Numbered from the whole stretch's first letter, positions 11,683-24,579 are shown. The stretch: 63,705 nucleotides of DNA, filler included, from Octopus bimaculoides (GCF_001194135.2; 4 parts of 4 records of this genome joined end to end with filler, not necessarily neighbours in it), one strand, 5' to 3'. Program-made: numbers and translations. Notes: generated by a model not told the origin, from the letters alone.

Positions 11683-12176
11683 TTCACCCATTCATGCTGA
11701 TCATCCGTTTAAACTGATCCTTAATTTATAAGGGTATAAAACAAATACTTGATCAAATTGTGATTTGTGTATGATCTGTATCAAAAAATAAAATCTGTTC
11801 TTAATACGTATGCAGTCTGTATCAAACGGATTTCAATGAAATCTTTTTCAGTTGTTATTTACATCAAAATAATCTGGATTTGGTTAAAAAGAGACGATGA
11901 GCGATGGCTAGAGAAATATTGAGCTTTGTTTTAATAATCAGTTGATCTTGTGAGCGGGGCCTCATATCAGTGAGTGGGGGCCAGTGCGCATTGATGCCGT
12001 TGAGAGGTAGGCCCTGAAACGGTGTGCATTCTCTCCTGATGACCCCATACACTTGCTGGCTTCCGGTATGCGGAGTTCTTGACTGGTAGCACTTGCATGT
12101 GCGAGTTGTTTGCAAGACATCTGTGAATTTTCAGGCAATTTCATTCACTAGAAAAATTTCTGCACAGATGGGTTAA
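11683..12176. mobile_element. piggyBac-like non-autonomous element (long variant)
   Basis: ttcacccattcatgctga versus the reverse complement of tctgcacagatgggttaa; body nearly identical to 46093-46327. Confidence 0.65.
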
Positions 12177-12392
12177 TACTCTTCATTATGGCATACTCAA
12201 TAAGTTATTAGCACACAGTTGTCCCATTTACTTAACTGAACATCTTTGACCTGCCTTCAAATTCCAGTTCTTTAAATTCCAGTTCTTCACCTTTAATGTT
12301 ATTTCTTTAGAATTTAATTCCAAATAATTAAAACTTCTGTTGTTACTCCTTATACGACTCTTGCCATACTTCTAAGTTGCAACCTTAAATTT

Positions 12393-12655
12393 TGTGTGTG
12401 TGTGTGTATGTATATATATATATGTAGTGTGTGTGTATATATGTGTGTGTATATGTATGTGTGTGTGTATGTATGTGTATATATGTATGTATATATGTGT
12501 ATATGTATGTATATTTGAGTATGAGTGTGTATATATTTGTGCATGTATGTGTGTGTATTACTTTCTAGATCCCCCTTGGATATATGCATAAGTGTACACA
12601 CACACACACACACGTGTATGTGTGTGTGTGTGTATGTATGTATGCTGAGTGTGTG
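12393..12655. repeat. Degenerate (GT)/(AT)n microsatellite
   Basis: Direct reading. Confidence 0.9.
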
Positions 12656-12759
12656 TAATTGCAACAAGTGTTGCAGCTTTCATGTACCACTTCAAAACTT
12701 GCAAATTGTTAATACATCAAAATCAACGTAGCTAATTGGATGAATGAAATATAAACACA

Positions 12760-13060
12760 GGCATCGCTATGTGGTAAGTAGCTTGCTTCCCAACCACATG
12801 GTTCTGGGTTCAGTCCCACTGCATGGCACCTTGGGCAAGTGTCTTCTACTATAGCTGCGAGCCAACCAAAGCCTTGTGAGTGGATTTGGTAGACAGAAAC
12901 TGAAAGAAGCCTGTTGTGTATACATATATGTGTGTGTGTGTGTGTGTATTTGTCCCCCCGGCATTGCTTGGCAACCAATGTTGGTGTGTTAATGCCCCTG
13001 TAACTTAGCGGTTTGGCAAAAGAGACTGATAGAATAAGTACTAGGCTTACAAAAGAATAC
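12760..13060 (+). mobile_element. SINE family A copy (duplicated across gap at 13499-13897)
   Basis: Sequence essentially identical to the one starting at 13499. Confidence 0.85.
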
Positions 13061-13498
13061 NNNNNNNNNNNNNNNNNNNNNNNNNNNNNNNNNNNNNNNN
13101 NNNNNNNNNNNNNNNNNNNNNNNNNNNNNNNNNNNNNNNNNNNNNNNNNNNNNNNNNNNNNNNNNNNNNNNNNNNNNNNNNNNNNNNNNNNNNNNNNNNN
13201 NNNNNNNNNNNNNNNNNNNNNNNNNNNNNNNNNNNNNNNNNNNNNNNNNNNNNNNNNNNNNNNNNNNNNNNNNNNNNNNNNNNNNNNNNNNNNNNNNNNN
13301 NNNNNNNNNNNNNNNNNNNNNNNNNNNNNNNNNNNNNNNNNNNNNNNNNNNNNNNNNNNNNNNNNNNNNNNNNNNNNNNNNNNNNNNNNNNNNNNNNNNN
13401 NNNNNNNNNNNNNNNNNNNNNNNNNNNNNNNNNNNNNNNNNNNNNNNNNNNNNNNNNNNNNNNNNNNNNNNNNNNNNNNNNNNNNNNNNNNNNNNNNN

Positions 13499-13897
13499 AT
13501 CGCTATGTGGTAAGTAGCTTGCTTCCCAACCACATGGTTCTGGGTTCAGTCCCACTGCATGGCACCTTGGGCAAGTGTCTTCTACTATAGCTGCGAGCCA
13601 ACCAAAGCCTTGTGAGTGGATTTGGTAGACAGAAACTGAAAGAAGCCTGTTGTGTATACATATATGTGTGTGTGTGTGTGTGTATTTGTCCCCCCGGCAT
13701 TGCTTGGCAACCAATGTTGGTGTGTTAATGCCCCTGTAACTTAGCGGTTTGGCAAAAGAGACTGATAGAATAAGTACTAGGCTTACAAAAGAATACGTAC
13801 TAGGCTTAAAAAAGAATAAGTCCTGGGGTCAATTTCTTCGACTAAAGGTGGTACTCCAGCATGACCGCAGTCAAATGACCGAAACAAGTAAAAGAGT
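13499..13897 (+). mobile_element. SINE family A copy
   Basis: Head through conserved tail gtactccagcatgaccgcagtcaaatgaccgaaacaagtaaaaga. Confidence 0.85.
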
Positions 13898-13985
13898 AAT
13901 GTACTAAATTTAAAAATAAAAAATAAAATTTATTTGAATTTAATTGCATAAAATATTCTACATTCAGATTTTAAAAAATTTAAAT

Positions 13986-14245
13986 ATTTCTTTATTGCCT
14001 ACAGGGGGCTAAACATAGAGGGGCCAAACAAGGACAGACAAAGAGATTAAGTCGATTACATTGACCCCAGTGCATAACTGGTACTTATTTAATTGACCCT
14101 GAAAGGATGAAAGGTAAAGTCGACCTCGGTGGAATTTGAACTCAGAACGTAAAGACAGATGAAATACTGCTAAGCATTTTGCCTAACGATTCTTCCAGCT
14201 CGTGCTAACGATCCAACCAGCTCATGCTAACGATTCTGCTAGCTT
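13986..14245 (-). mobile_element. SINE family B, long-tail variant, with triplicated head fragment
   Basis: Reverse complement of 46328-46557; the gctaacgattc...ccagctc unit occurs three times at about 14185-14245. Confidence 0.85.
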
Positions 14246-14690
14246 GAACACCTCTCCAAATCTCCTAACCTATTCTGGTTTCTTCACAGATCACAAAGTC
14301 TCAAAAACCCTGTCCACACCAACAAATGTCCAGGTGTTTAGGGTGTTTGCTTCTGGCTGAATACTTCTCCTGCGAGACGTTGTCTCCCTACAATAATGGC
14401 ATTGGCCGTATGTCATCCACACAGAGACGTATACACAGTTTGCTTTATTTTATTATAAAAACCCTTTTAGTGATTTTGGATTTAGAATCTTCAATAGACA
14501 TTAAATAATTCTTGTTTTGTAATGGTGTGACTTGAAGAAGATAAAGCTATGAATAATAGCATGTGAAATATGGGGGTTAAAAGATCCCTTAGTCAGAAAA
14601 CAGTCAGAAAACAGAGTTACTGCTGGAATATTCTCAAATAAGAAGTGTTGTACAAACATATCAGTCATTTACTAAACATTAATGAATAGA

Positions 14691-15068
14691 GGCAGCCATG
14701 TCTGTCTGATAAGAGGCTTGCTTCCCAACTACATGGTTCTGGGTTCAGTCCCACTGTGTGGCACCTTGGGCAAGTGTCTTCTACTACAGCCTAGTGCTGG
14801 CCAAAGCCTTGTGAGTGGATTTGGTAGACGGTAACTGAAAGAAGCCCATTTTGTGTGTGTGTCCTTGTTGGTCCCCTACTGCTGCTTGACAACTGGTATT
14901 GGTTTGTTTACATCCCCATAACTTAACAGTTTGGCAAAAGAGACCGATAAAATAAGTACTAAGCTTAAAAGAATATTAAGTGCTGTGGTTCATTCCCTTG
15001 ACTAAAAATTCTTGAGGGTGGTGCTCCAGCCTGACCACAGTCAAATGACTGAAACAAGTTTAAGATAA
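14691..15068 (+). mobile_element. SINE family A, diverged full-length copy
   Basis: ggttcagtccc B box, ggcaccttgggcaagtgtcttctac, conserved tail. Confidence 0.85.
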
Positions 15069-15515
15069 ACAAAAACTCATTAATATATAAATTAACGGAC
15101 CTTGCAATAGTTTTTCTAGATTTATGCCAAGTGCAAGGACTGAACTCAGGACCTAAGTTAGTGGAACATTGTTACCACTTCCTCTCATGTGGAACCCGAA
15201 GCCACATGGATCAAGCTCTGCTAAGTCCCACTACTTTCCGCACCATGGCTAAGTTTTACAGTGATGCTTTTGTTTCTGTAAATTATCATGTGGCAGAGTT
15301 GGTCTGACAACCACGAAAGCCAGTGCTGTGACATGGTCGTGTTTCTAGTGGTATTAATCACTCAACCGCCTTTAATTCTTATTTAAAGTATTTAAGCCCC
15401 TTTCCTTCCAACCCATACAAAATCACTCCCGGTTTTATGATACAAACTTCTCCTGCTTCAAAGTGATCTGCATCAAAATGTCCCATCCAGATTTCCTATA
15501 AACATGCTTCAAGCA

Positions 15516-15900
15516 CTAGTTTAGTAACGACAAAGTTATTCTACAGAATTCTTCATTAATTTTAATTTTAATTAATTAATTAATTTTAATTTTAATTAAT
15601 TTTAAATTTAATTAATTAATTAATTTTAATTAATTTTAATTTTAATTAATTTTAATTCATTAAAATTTTTCTACAGAATTCTTCATTATTTTCAAAATTA
15701 ATTGAAACAAACTTAGTGTATTCCAAAAGAATTATGGTAATAAAAGAGTTAAAGTGATCTAAATTAAAACTTTTCATCAGAATTTTATGCTAATTTATGT
15801 TCCATACACTAGTTTAATAGCGACAAAATTATTCTACAGAATTCTTCATTAGTTTAAAAATTAATTGAAATAAAATTAGTGTATTTCAAAGAAATATGAT
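15516..15900. repeat. Local triplication (attctacagaattcttcatta unit) with an expanded (TTAAT)-type AT-only tract
   Basis: Unit at about 15538, 15670 and 15830; A/T-only run at about 15556-15655. Confidence 0.8.
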
Positions 15901-16559
15901 ACTTAAATAATTAGTGTTTTGTTTTCTTAAAATTTTGGCTGTTTGAAGTCTTTAACTGATTTAGGAATTTGGTCTTTGTAATTCATTTGAAGAATATTCA
16001 TAAATATTGGTTGATATTTCATTTGATGTTTTTTTTCCTGTTTCTTAGCATATTTTAATTATCTCTAAAACAACTCAATGATTTATGCTGGTATTGTAAA
16101 TACTGGTGCTCCAGCATGGCTGAAATGAGTAAAAGAATAGAACTATATAAAGATAAAATAATTTCAAATATAATTTCAGATTTTCATCAGAATGAAACTA
16201 ATGCTAAATAGGCTTAGACTACCATTATCTCAAAACTTTAGAGTCTTTTCAATATTGCGAATTCTTTGCAGACATTATATAACTCTTTGGGTTCCACATT
16301 CTTTTGGGCTGACCCTTGTGATATCTGAATGTTAACTTTTGAATCAATTTAAAATGAAATTTAAATGTTATTTTCATTATAGGAATTTAGAAATTTCAAG
16401 GGATGCAAAATAATTTGTTTTTAACAGTTGAACTCAAAACATTCAAAGCTATAAATAACCCTGGGTAGAAACTGTTATTTCCTATTCGCTGACCCCTAGA
16501 AAGTATGAAAAATAGCTAGTATTTCCTTCAAATTTTGCTTTTGTTACATTTATTCAAAC

Positions 16560-16735
16560 CCCAAAGAATCCCTCTCAACACATGGCTATGATGTTCCCCC
16601 ACTACTCCTGCTCATGATCAGACATGCACATTGTCAGTCACTAAGGGACATGCTCAACTGGTTAAGGTGAAGCAACTGACAAGCAACTGTTGTATCGAGC
16701 AGAATATTTTCTATAACGACATTTCTGCTTCAACA
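16560..16735 (+). repeat. Unclassified interspersed repeat F (fragment)
   Basis: Homologous to 37900-38080 (ctgctc.tgatcaga.atg, caactgacaagcaa, agcagaatattt). Confidence 0.6.
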
Positions 16736-16859
16736 TCTTAGCATGGAACGTGTTTGAAATTGAATGGAGAATAGGTTAGTTTCCTTTGATTTCTAGATAG
16801 AAGCAAATAGGAAATGACACTGACCAAAGACAAAAGAAATGAGAATTTTGTTACACAGT

Positions 16860-16990
16860 GTAATTCTTTCTACTCTAGAAAGGATGAAAGGCAACGTCTA
16901 CCTTGGCAGAATTAGAACTCAGATTATAAAGCTAGAAAAAAATACTGCTAAGCATATTATTCAATGTTCTAATGATTTTGCCAGCTCGCC
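16860..16990 (-). mobile_element. SINE family B fragment
   Basis: aaggatgaaaggcaacgtctacctt...gaactcaga. Confidence 0.65.
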
Positions 16991-17471
16991 TGGGTTATAA
17001 ACCCCTTCTGGAGCAAAAGTCAAATGCTACCTGTGGGATTCAAACCCATATCTTCTGTGATTTTTCATAACCAAAGGGGTTTTTGTTTAGCCCAATATTT
17101 ACATGTGGTTATATATAGCTGTGTCTACTTCAAGTTCAATCATTGGAACAAAATTCCAATTTTGTTCAGTTCTTCGGAACCCTCGATCTTTTGATCAGAG
17201 ATGTACTAACAATACCAGTAATAATATGTGCAGTACTGACCTCCCAGCTTGCTCTCTGTTACCCTACCAATGTGAATTTTGGTAGCACAATTTATAGTAT
17301 GCACACCCCCGCCCCACACACACACTGGTGTAAGCTGGTTCAATACTGCAATGATTTCTGGCATAGAACATTGTTACTCCATTCTTCCTCCTCTCTTTCC
17401 TTCTCTTTGTGACCCTCTTCTCTCTCTCTCTCTACACACACACACATTATAACACCCTTTTTCAATTTCAG

Positions 17472-17568
17472 GAAGGATTTACCAGATATTATTGCCAAGA
17501 ATATGATGCATAATCCAGATTATGGAAATCCAGGAGCTGTGTTATTTATATCTTCTCCTCTTCTCTAA
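17472..17568 (+). CDS. Candidate terminal exon (xKDLPDIIAKNMMHNPDYGNPGAVLFISSPLL-stop)
   Basis: tttttcaatttcAG acceptor and a protein-like open frame; no homology recognised. Confidence 0.25.
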
Positions 17569-17697
17569 TCTAGATTATCTTTTAATCTAGCTTCTGAGTT
17601 AACAAACAACAACCTCAACAATTTTTACTGACTTGCATCCATTTTTTCCCACAATGCAGCTTGGTTAATTTTTTTTATCTTTGCTATTTTGACTATT

Positions 17698-18009
17698 GTT
17701 GTTGTTGTTTGTTCCTTCTCGAGCCATGCCTGGCTCATAAAGGGTGAGTTTCCCAGTTTCCTTGACGTATAGGTTCCCCACCTGGACAGGATGCTAGTCT
17801 GTCGCAGGTGAGCTGCTAGATGCAGGAGGAAAGAGTGAAAGCAAGTTGTAGCAAAAGAGTCAGCAGAAGTTTGCCATTACCTCCTGCTGCAGCTGCATGA
17901 TGCCTAGGGGTTTCGCTCATAAACACACACATCACCCGGTCTGGGATTCAAACCTGTGATCCCTTGACTACATGTCTGCTGTGCTAACCACTAGGCTATG
18001 TGCCTCCAC
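17698..18009 (-). mobile_element. tRNA-derived SINE family D with 12-bp target-site duplication
   Basis: A box tagcctagtgg and B box ggtttgaatcc on the minus strand; (AAC)n tail; attttgactatt at both 17686-17697 and 18010-18021. Confidence 0.85.
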
Positions 18010-19291
18010 ATTTTGACTATTACCTTGCTGAACTTATTTTTTACTGATTTGTATCCATTTTGTTCCCATAATGCAGCTTGATTAATTTTTTTTATCTTTG
18101 CTATTTTGACTATTACCTTGCTATTAATCTGAACTTATTTTTACTTCTAAAATGGTGATTTTTATGGAACCAAAAACCAAACATCCTATTGCAAGATTTC
18201 AGTATAGTTTGCAATCTTAAACAATTTTTTAATATTATTTTCCCTTTGTTTTTGTTTCACTTACAACCCTCTTAAATCTTTTAGGGAAAGACAAAAAAAT
18301 TACAAATTCTTCTTTGTTCACCCTTCCCCTAAATTTTGGGGCTTTTGTGCCTATTTCCTCTCTGAAGCCCCCCCTCCCCCCAAAAAACAAGAAACTCCTT
18401 CCCTTTCATTTTTACCATTTTTACATGATTGATGCTTTTTACTCTATATTAAAAAAAAAAACTTTGAAAAACAGCAGTGTAGGGCCGAATACTGTTGATA
18501 GTCAACAAAATTCAAATTGAGGGCAAACAGAGTTATGTGCCTTGCCCATGCAAAACAAAACAAAACAAGAAATAGAAAAAAACAAAAAAATTTGAAATTG
18601 AACTCGTTGACTATTTAATAAATTAACCTCACAATATTGTATTTTGCTTATTGCCTATAGCACAGAGGTTTATTGAAACACCTCCACAATTTGCACTAAA
18701 CAAGTTAAACACATTGCTGAGTTGTACTGATGANNNNNNNNNNNNNNNNNNNNNNNNNNNNNNNNNNNNNNNNNNNNNNNNNNNNNNNNNNNNNNNNNNN
18801 NNNNNNNNNNNNNNNNNNNNNNNNNNNNNNNNNNNNNNNNNNNNNNNNNNNNNNNNNNNNNNNNNNNNNNNNNNNNNNNNNNNNNNNNNNNNNNNNNNNN
18901 NNNNNNNNNNNNNNNNNNNNNNNNNNNNNNNNNNNNNNNNNNNNNNNNNNNNNNNNNNNNNNNNNNNNNNNNNNNNNNNNNNNNNNNNNNNNNNNNNNNN
19001 NNNNNNNNNNNNNNNNNNNNNNNNNNNNNNNNNNNNNNNNNNNNNNNNNNNNNNNNNNNNNNNNNNNNNNNNNNNNNNNNNNNNNNNNNNNNNNNNNNNN
19101 NNNNNNNNNNNNNNNNNNNNNNNNNNNNNNNNNNNNNNNNNNNNNNNNNNNNNNNNNNNNNNNNNNNNNNNNNNNNNNNNNNNNNNNNNNNNNNNNNNNN
19201 NNNNNNNNNNNNNNNNNNNNNNNNNNNNNNNNNNNNNNNNNNNNNNNNNNNNNNNNNNNNNNNNNNNNNNNNNNNNNNNNNNNNNNNNNNN

Positions 19292-19341
<50 letters not shown>

Positions 19342-19816
19342 ATGTACTTATATATACACACATACATGTGTACATGCATGTATACACAAACACACACACA
19401 CACACATATATGTGCACATGTATATATAAGTTTGTAGAAAGAATTTTTGATACAGCCACAATATTTGAATATTGATTTTTATAAAACTAAAAATTATTAA
19501 TTGTTTAAAAACAAATCTTCAAAGAGAAAACAGAATCACAGAAACCTTTTGGATCGAAGATATTGTATTGCGTGTGAGCGCTTTCACTGTTTTATATGCA
19601 TACATACATACATACATACATACATACATGTATGTACTATTCAATGGCCAGTCTAATGTTTCATTGTTTATTTCTTGTGGTGATGGAAACGTTGTGGTGG
19701 TAATTTCGGCCTGATGATTAGCTATGCTGAGGAGAATTTATTGCGTAATGAACTTCAGTTAGTTAAGAAACGTATGTAGTGTATATTTTTCCTATTCCAC
19801 TCCTTATAGATTTTGG

Positions 19817-19849
<33 letters not shown>

Positions 19850-20737
19850 TATGTGAATAAATTTATCCATGTTATACAAAAACATTTCACTTAACCCTGG
19901 AATTTCTACCTTTATAAGAAGGCTGTAATATCCTTGGCACTTATGTGAATTTTTGCTACCCTGGTAACTATTTTTGTCCATGTTATGAGTACACATTGAA
20001 AGAATACACATACACTTATATATATATATATACACACNNNNNNNNNNNNNNNNNNNNNNNNNNNNNNNNNNNNNNNNNNNNNNNNNNNNNNNNNNNNNNN
20101 NNNNNNNNNNNNNNNNNNNNNNNNNNNNNNNNNNNNNNNNNNNNNNNNNNNNNNNNNNNNNNNNNNNNNNNNNNNNNNNNNNNNNNNNNNNNNNNNNNNN
20201 NNNNNNNNNNNNNNNNNNNNNNNNNNNNNNNNNNNNNNNNNNNNNNNNNNNNNNNNNNNNNNNNNNNNNNNNNNNNNNNNNNNNNNNNNNNNNNNNNNNN
20301 NNNNNNNNNNNNNNNNNNNNNNNNNNNNNNNNNNNNNNNNNNNNNNNNNNNNNNNNNNNNNNNNNNNNNNNNNNNNNNNNNNNNNNNNNNNNNNNNNNNN
20401 NNNNNNNNNNNNNNNNNNNNNNNNNNNNNNNNNNNNNNNNNNNNNNNNNNNNNNNNNNNNNNNNNNNNNNNNNNNNNNNNNNNNNNNNNNNNNNNNNNNN
20501 NNNNNNNNNNNNNNNNNNNNNNNNNNNNNNNNNNNNNNNNNNNNNNNNNNNNNNNNNNNNNNNNNNNNNNNNNNNNNNNNNNNNNNNNNNNNNNNNNNNN
20601 NNNNNNNNNNNNNNNNNNNNNNNNNNNNNNNNNNNNNNNNNNNNNNNNNNNNNNNNNNNNNNNNNNNNNNNNNNNNNNNNNNNNNNNNNNNNNNNNNNNN
20701 NNNNNNNNNNNNNNNNNNNNNNNNNNNNNNNNNNNNN

Positions 20738-21029
20738 ACGCACACAGTCTATATTTATCTTCTATTATACACACACACACACAATCTCATTTATATACAA
20801 TCATTTACCTACGTATACTAACATATACACACAGACAATCTCATGCAATCATGTTTACATAACACACACAAACATACATACACACTCCCTCTCTCTTACA
20901 CACACACACATTCTTTCTCGCTTACACACACACACACACACGCTGTCTCTCTCACACACACTCTTTCTCTCTCCCTCTATCTCGCTTACACACACATACA
21001 CATTCTTTCTCGCTCACACGCACACACTG

Positions 21030-21062
<33 letters not shown>

Positions 21063-22210
21063 TTCTCTCTCTCTCTCTCTTACACACACAAACACATACA
21101 CTTGACCCCTCCCCCTCTCACCGCCCAGTGCTGCTTCCAAGTATTAAACCTAAATCCCTCTGTCTGTGTTTGCTTAGATACCTTTCTGCAATCTATATTA
21201 CAATATTTGCTCAAAAAATAAGATGGAAGATAATAGCTTCGCTTCTTGTCCTTCCAGCCTTCCATACTTTTTTCTCAATCCATCCCTTCTCCTCTCCCCC
21301 TCTCACTCTCCTACTCTTATACTGTTTATTGCTATTTCTCCCTCACCCCATTATCCTCTTCTCTGTTTCCATGTGTCTTTCTTTCTTTGTTGATGACAAT
21401 GATAATGCCAAATCACTCTTGTCTGACCATTCCTTCCTCCTCTGCATCACTCACAATCTCTCCCCACCCCCTCTTTCTCGCTCTACCTCTCTCTCTCTCG
21501 CTCTTCCTCTCTCTCTCTCTCCCTTACTCCCTGATGTCTCACGATCTCTACCCCCACCCTTTCCTTTTGTAGCCCCTTAATCTCTCTTTTCCAGCCTTGT
21601 TTTCTATCTCTGCTTCATCCCTTTCTTTCATTCCCCACCCCCGTTCCACCCACTTCTCTCTCTCTCTCACTCTAAACGTCTGGTCTCGGATTCGTTTTAG
21701 TTAATGGAATCCTATTCTCTCTATTTTCTCACATTCGCACATATTTCTTGTTCTCTTTCTCTAACTTTCTATATGTATGTATGTCTATATCTAATAATAT
21801 AAAATGTTATATATATACATATATATATATAACATTTCTATTATTATTTAATTGAACACCACACATCAATTTCCAAGTATGTCTATATCTATCTATTTAC
21901 GTACATGCGTCTTTCATAATGTTTGTTATTCTATCTATCTTTCTGTCTATGTATCCATCTCTCTCTATCCATCTCTTTATCTATCCATCTCTCTATCCAT
22001 ATCTCCTATCTATTCGTCTCTCTATCTATCCATATTTTTATCTATCTATCTATCTATCTATACATCCATCTACTTAATCTATCTAACTATATTTATGTCT
22101 ATCCATATCTATCTATCTGTCTATCTACACACACATGCACCCACCCCCATACACAAACTTAACAAGCTATGCCCCCCCCCACACTCTCCCCCCCTCTCTC
22201 TCACCACAGT
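20738..22210. repeat. Long degenerate (CA)/(CT)/(CTAT)n low-complexity tract
   Basis: Direct reading; source of the His/Thr/Leu/Ser-rich pseudo-ORFs. Confidence 0.85.
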
Positions 22211-22908
22211 ATTCACCTCTTTCAATATCTCCTTCTCCATTTTTCATTCTTCCTCTCTTTCCACAAGAACATACCAACAACTCACACTTCCAATTAATTC
22301 CTTTTTTTTTTTCACCAATAACAAAAACAAAAACCCAGAAACATCAACAACAGCACCACCACCACCAAACAATAAACATCATAGACAGTTTTCTTTGAAC
22401 ATTATTTTCAAAAGATTTACCATTCCTTGTTGGTGCTTCTTCTTAACAAGTGCTCTGCTCTGATCTTGTACAATATTTCCTGCTATTTTTGCTGGCCTTT
22501 CTAATATTAACCAAACACTTTATATATATCTCACTATTTTTTTCCTTTCTATTTTGTACAGAAATTGTATTTTTTATGCACATACCTGTGAAGTCAGGCA
22601 TGTACGCATGTTTGAATGCATGTATGTATACGTGTGTGTTTAAGTTGGTAGGAACGTGTGTATGCATACAGTGTGTGACGCATACATTAAAATAGCAAGC
22701 ACTACGCATACATGAATATTGTACATATATAATATATATATATATATACACATTAATTTTAACATATTATATATATGTATATCTATCTTCTCTCTATATA
22801 TATATGTTATATATAATATATAACTAACACATACATATATGTGTGTATATACATATATATTTCTAATACATATATATATGTATGTATATATATATATATA
22901 TATGGATG

Positions 22909-22939
<31 letters not shown>

Positions 22940-23041
22940 ATNNNNNNNNNNNNNNNNNNNNNNNNNNNNNNNNNNNNNNNNNNNNTTAATTAATTAANNN
23001 NNNNNNNNNNNNNNNNNNNNNNNNNNNNNNNNNNNNNNNNN

Positions 23042-23848
23042 ATTCTGTCCACGTTTTTTTGCAACGTCCTGTACCCAGATATGCATCTATATATACATGT
23101 AGATGTAGGTATGTACATACATGTACGTATATATGCATATACTCATTTATTATTTGTATTACTTGATCGAACGCACACGTCATCCTTGCAAGTAAGTTTT
23201 AACTTTATATTTCTGACGCGACTCTATCTATCTTTGTATCTTTCTCCCCCTCTTATTCTTCCTTCTGTTATTCTTCGCCTCTCCCCTTCACTGCTATATC
23301 CCTCTCTTCCTCCCTGTCTCTCGTTGTTCACCTATATTCTACTTCCTCCCCTTTTTCTCTCTCTCTCCTTACCTCTCGCTGGTCACGTGTCCGGCTACTA
23401 CTTCCTTTCATATTTTGGCCATCGCCAAACTCGCACGAACATTCTTCGTCTCTCTTCCTTCCAGTTCGTTGCTTCACAGTGTTCGGTGTACCATATTTTT
23501 TCACGTCTGGCCGTATAGCCTTTCTTGTTTATTTTCACTGTTTCGTTTCCTGTCTTGTTTTCTGTCCGCCACTACATTCCTCCACGGTACAAATTTAATT
23601 TGTGGTCTGTGGGAAGAGCCATTCTAACAATGCGTCCTGCCCTAACTCTTCGAAACGCTTAGTTTTAGAATGGTAGCAGCTGATGAAGGAAATGTTCTTT
23701 ATGTGGCCTGTGTGTTTTCTGTACCGTGTTTATCATTTTTTCCACGTTTTTTTCACCGTCCTGTACCCAGATATGCATCTATATATACATGTAGATGTAG
23801 GTATGTACATACATGTACGTATATATGCATATACTCATATATTATTTG

Positions 23849-23860
<12 letters not shown>
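23042..23860 (+). repeat. Interspersed repeat G with an internal direct repeat (23046-23160 and 23741-23855)
   Basis: tccacgttttttt..cgtcctgtacccagatatgcatc block occurs twice; another copy at 61561-61790 and a diverged homolog at 47596-47815. Confidence 0.75.
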
Positions 23861-23888
<28 letters not shown>

Positions 23889-24579
23889 NNNNNNNNNNNN
23901 NNNNNNNNNNNNNNNNNNNNNNNNNNNNNNNNNNNNNNNNNNNNNNNNNNNNNNNNNNNNNNNNNNNNNNNNNNNNNNNNNNNNNNNNNNNNNNNNNNNN
24001 NNNNNNNNNNNNNNNNNNNNNNNNNNNNNNNNNNNNNNNNNNNNNNNNNNNNNNNNNNNNNNNNNNNNNNNNNNNNNNNNNNNNNNNNNNNNNNNNNNNN
24101 NNNNNNNNNNNNNNNNNNNNNNNNNNNNNNNNNNNNNNNNNNNNNNNNNNNNNNNNNNNNNNNNNNNNNNNNNNNNNNNNNNNNNNNNNNNNNNNNNNNN
24201 NNNNNNNNNNNNNNNNNNNNNNNNNAAAATACATATATACATTCTTTGATAATAATAAAAAAATGTTTAAAACAGTTTAGAAGTAAGTATTCAACAAAAA
24301 GTATTAGGAGTTCAATAAAAATTATGTTTGTTTTGTAGTATATATATACATAGAAGGAGATATTAACAATTTACAAAAAATTGTAGAGGAACCGACCTGT
24401 CTTTTTTATGTTTTCTCTCTTGTGTGTAGCTAAGGAATGTTTGCTATTTTAAGGGACAGTCTGGAAGGCTGGTTAAGGTGGGGGGAAGGAAGAGCAATGT
24501 ACAATTAAAAGGATTTTTTTGTTTCTAGGTTAGTGTGTCATGGTTCAGTGGTTTTTGGGACTGGTCTTAGAGGTCAGAA

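Noticed and set aside
12767-13795. Apparent tandem duplication of a SINE A copy across a gap (also 4951-5028 and 5040-5118)
   Set aside because: Copies are identical and abut gaps; most likely unmerged contig overlaps.
14298-14400. Possible plus-strand exon after ttcttcacAG (HKVSKTLSTPTNVQ...)
   Set aside because: Weak donor, early stop and no recognisable homology.
20843-22463. 245-aa and 203-aa Leu/Ser/His-rich ORFs
   Set aside because: Microsatellite-derived low-complexity sequence.
22942-23041. TTAATTAATTAA island between N runs (also at 40093-40192 and 62391-62490)
   Set aside because: Identical N44 + 12-mer + N44 = 100-nt spacer three times, with stops in all six frames: an assembly linker, not biology.
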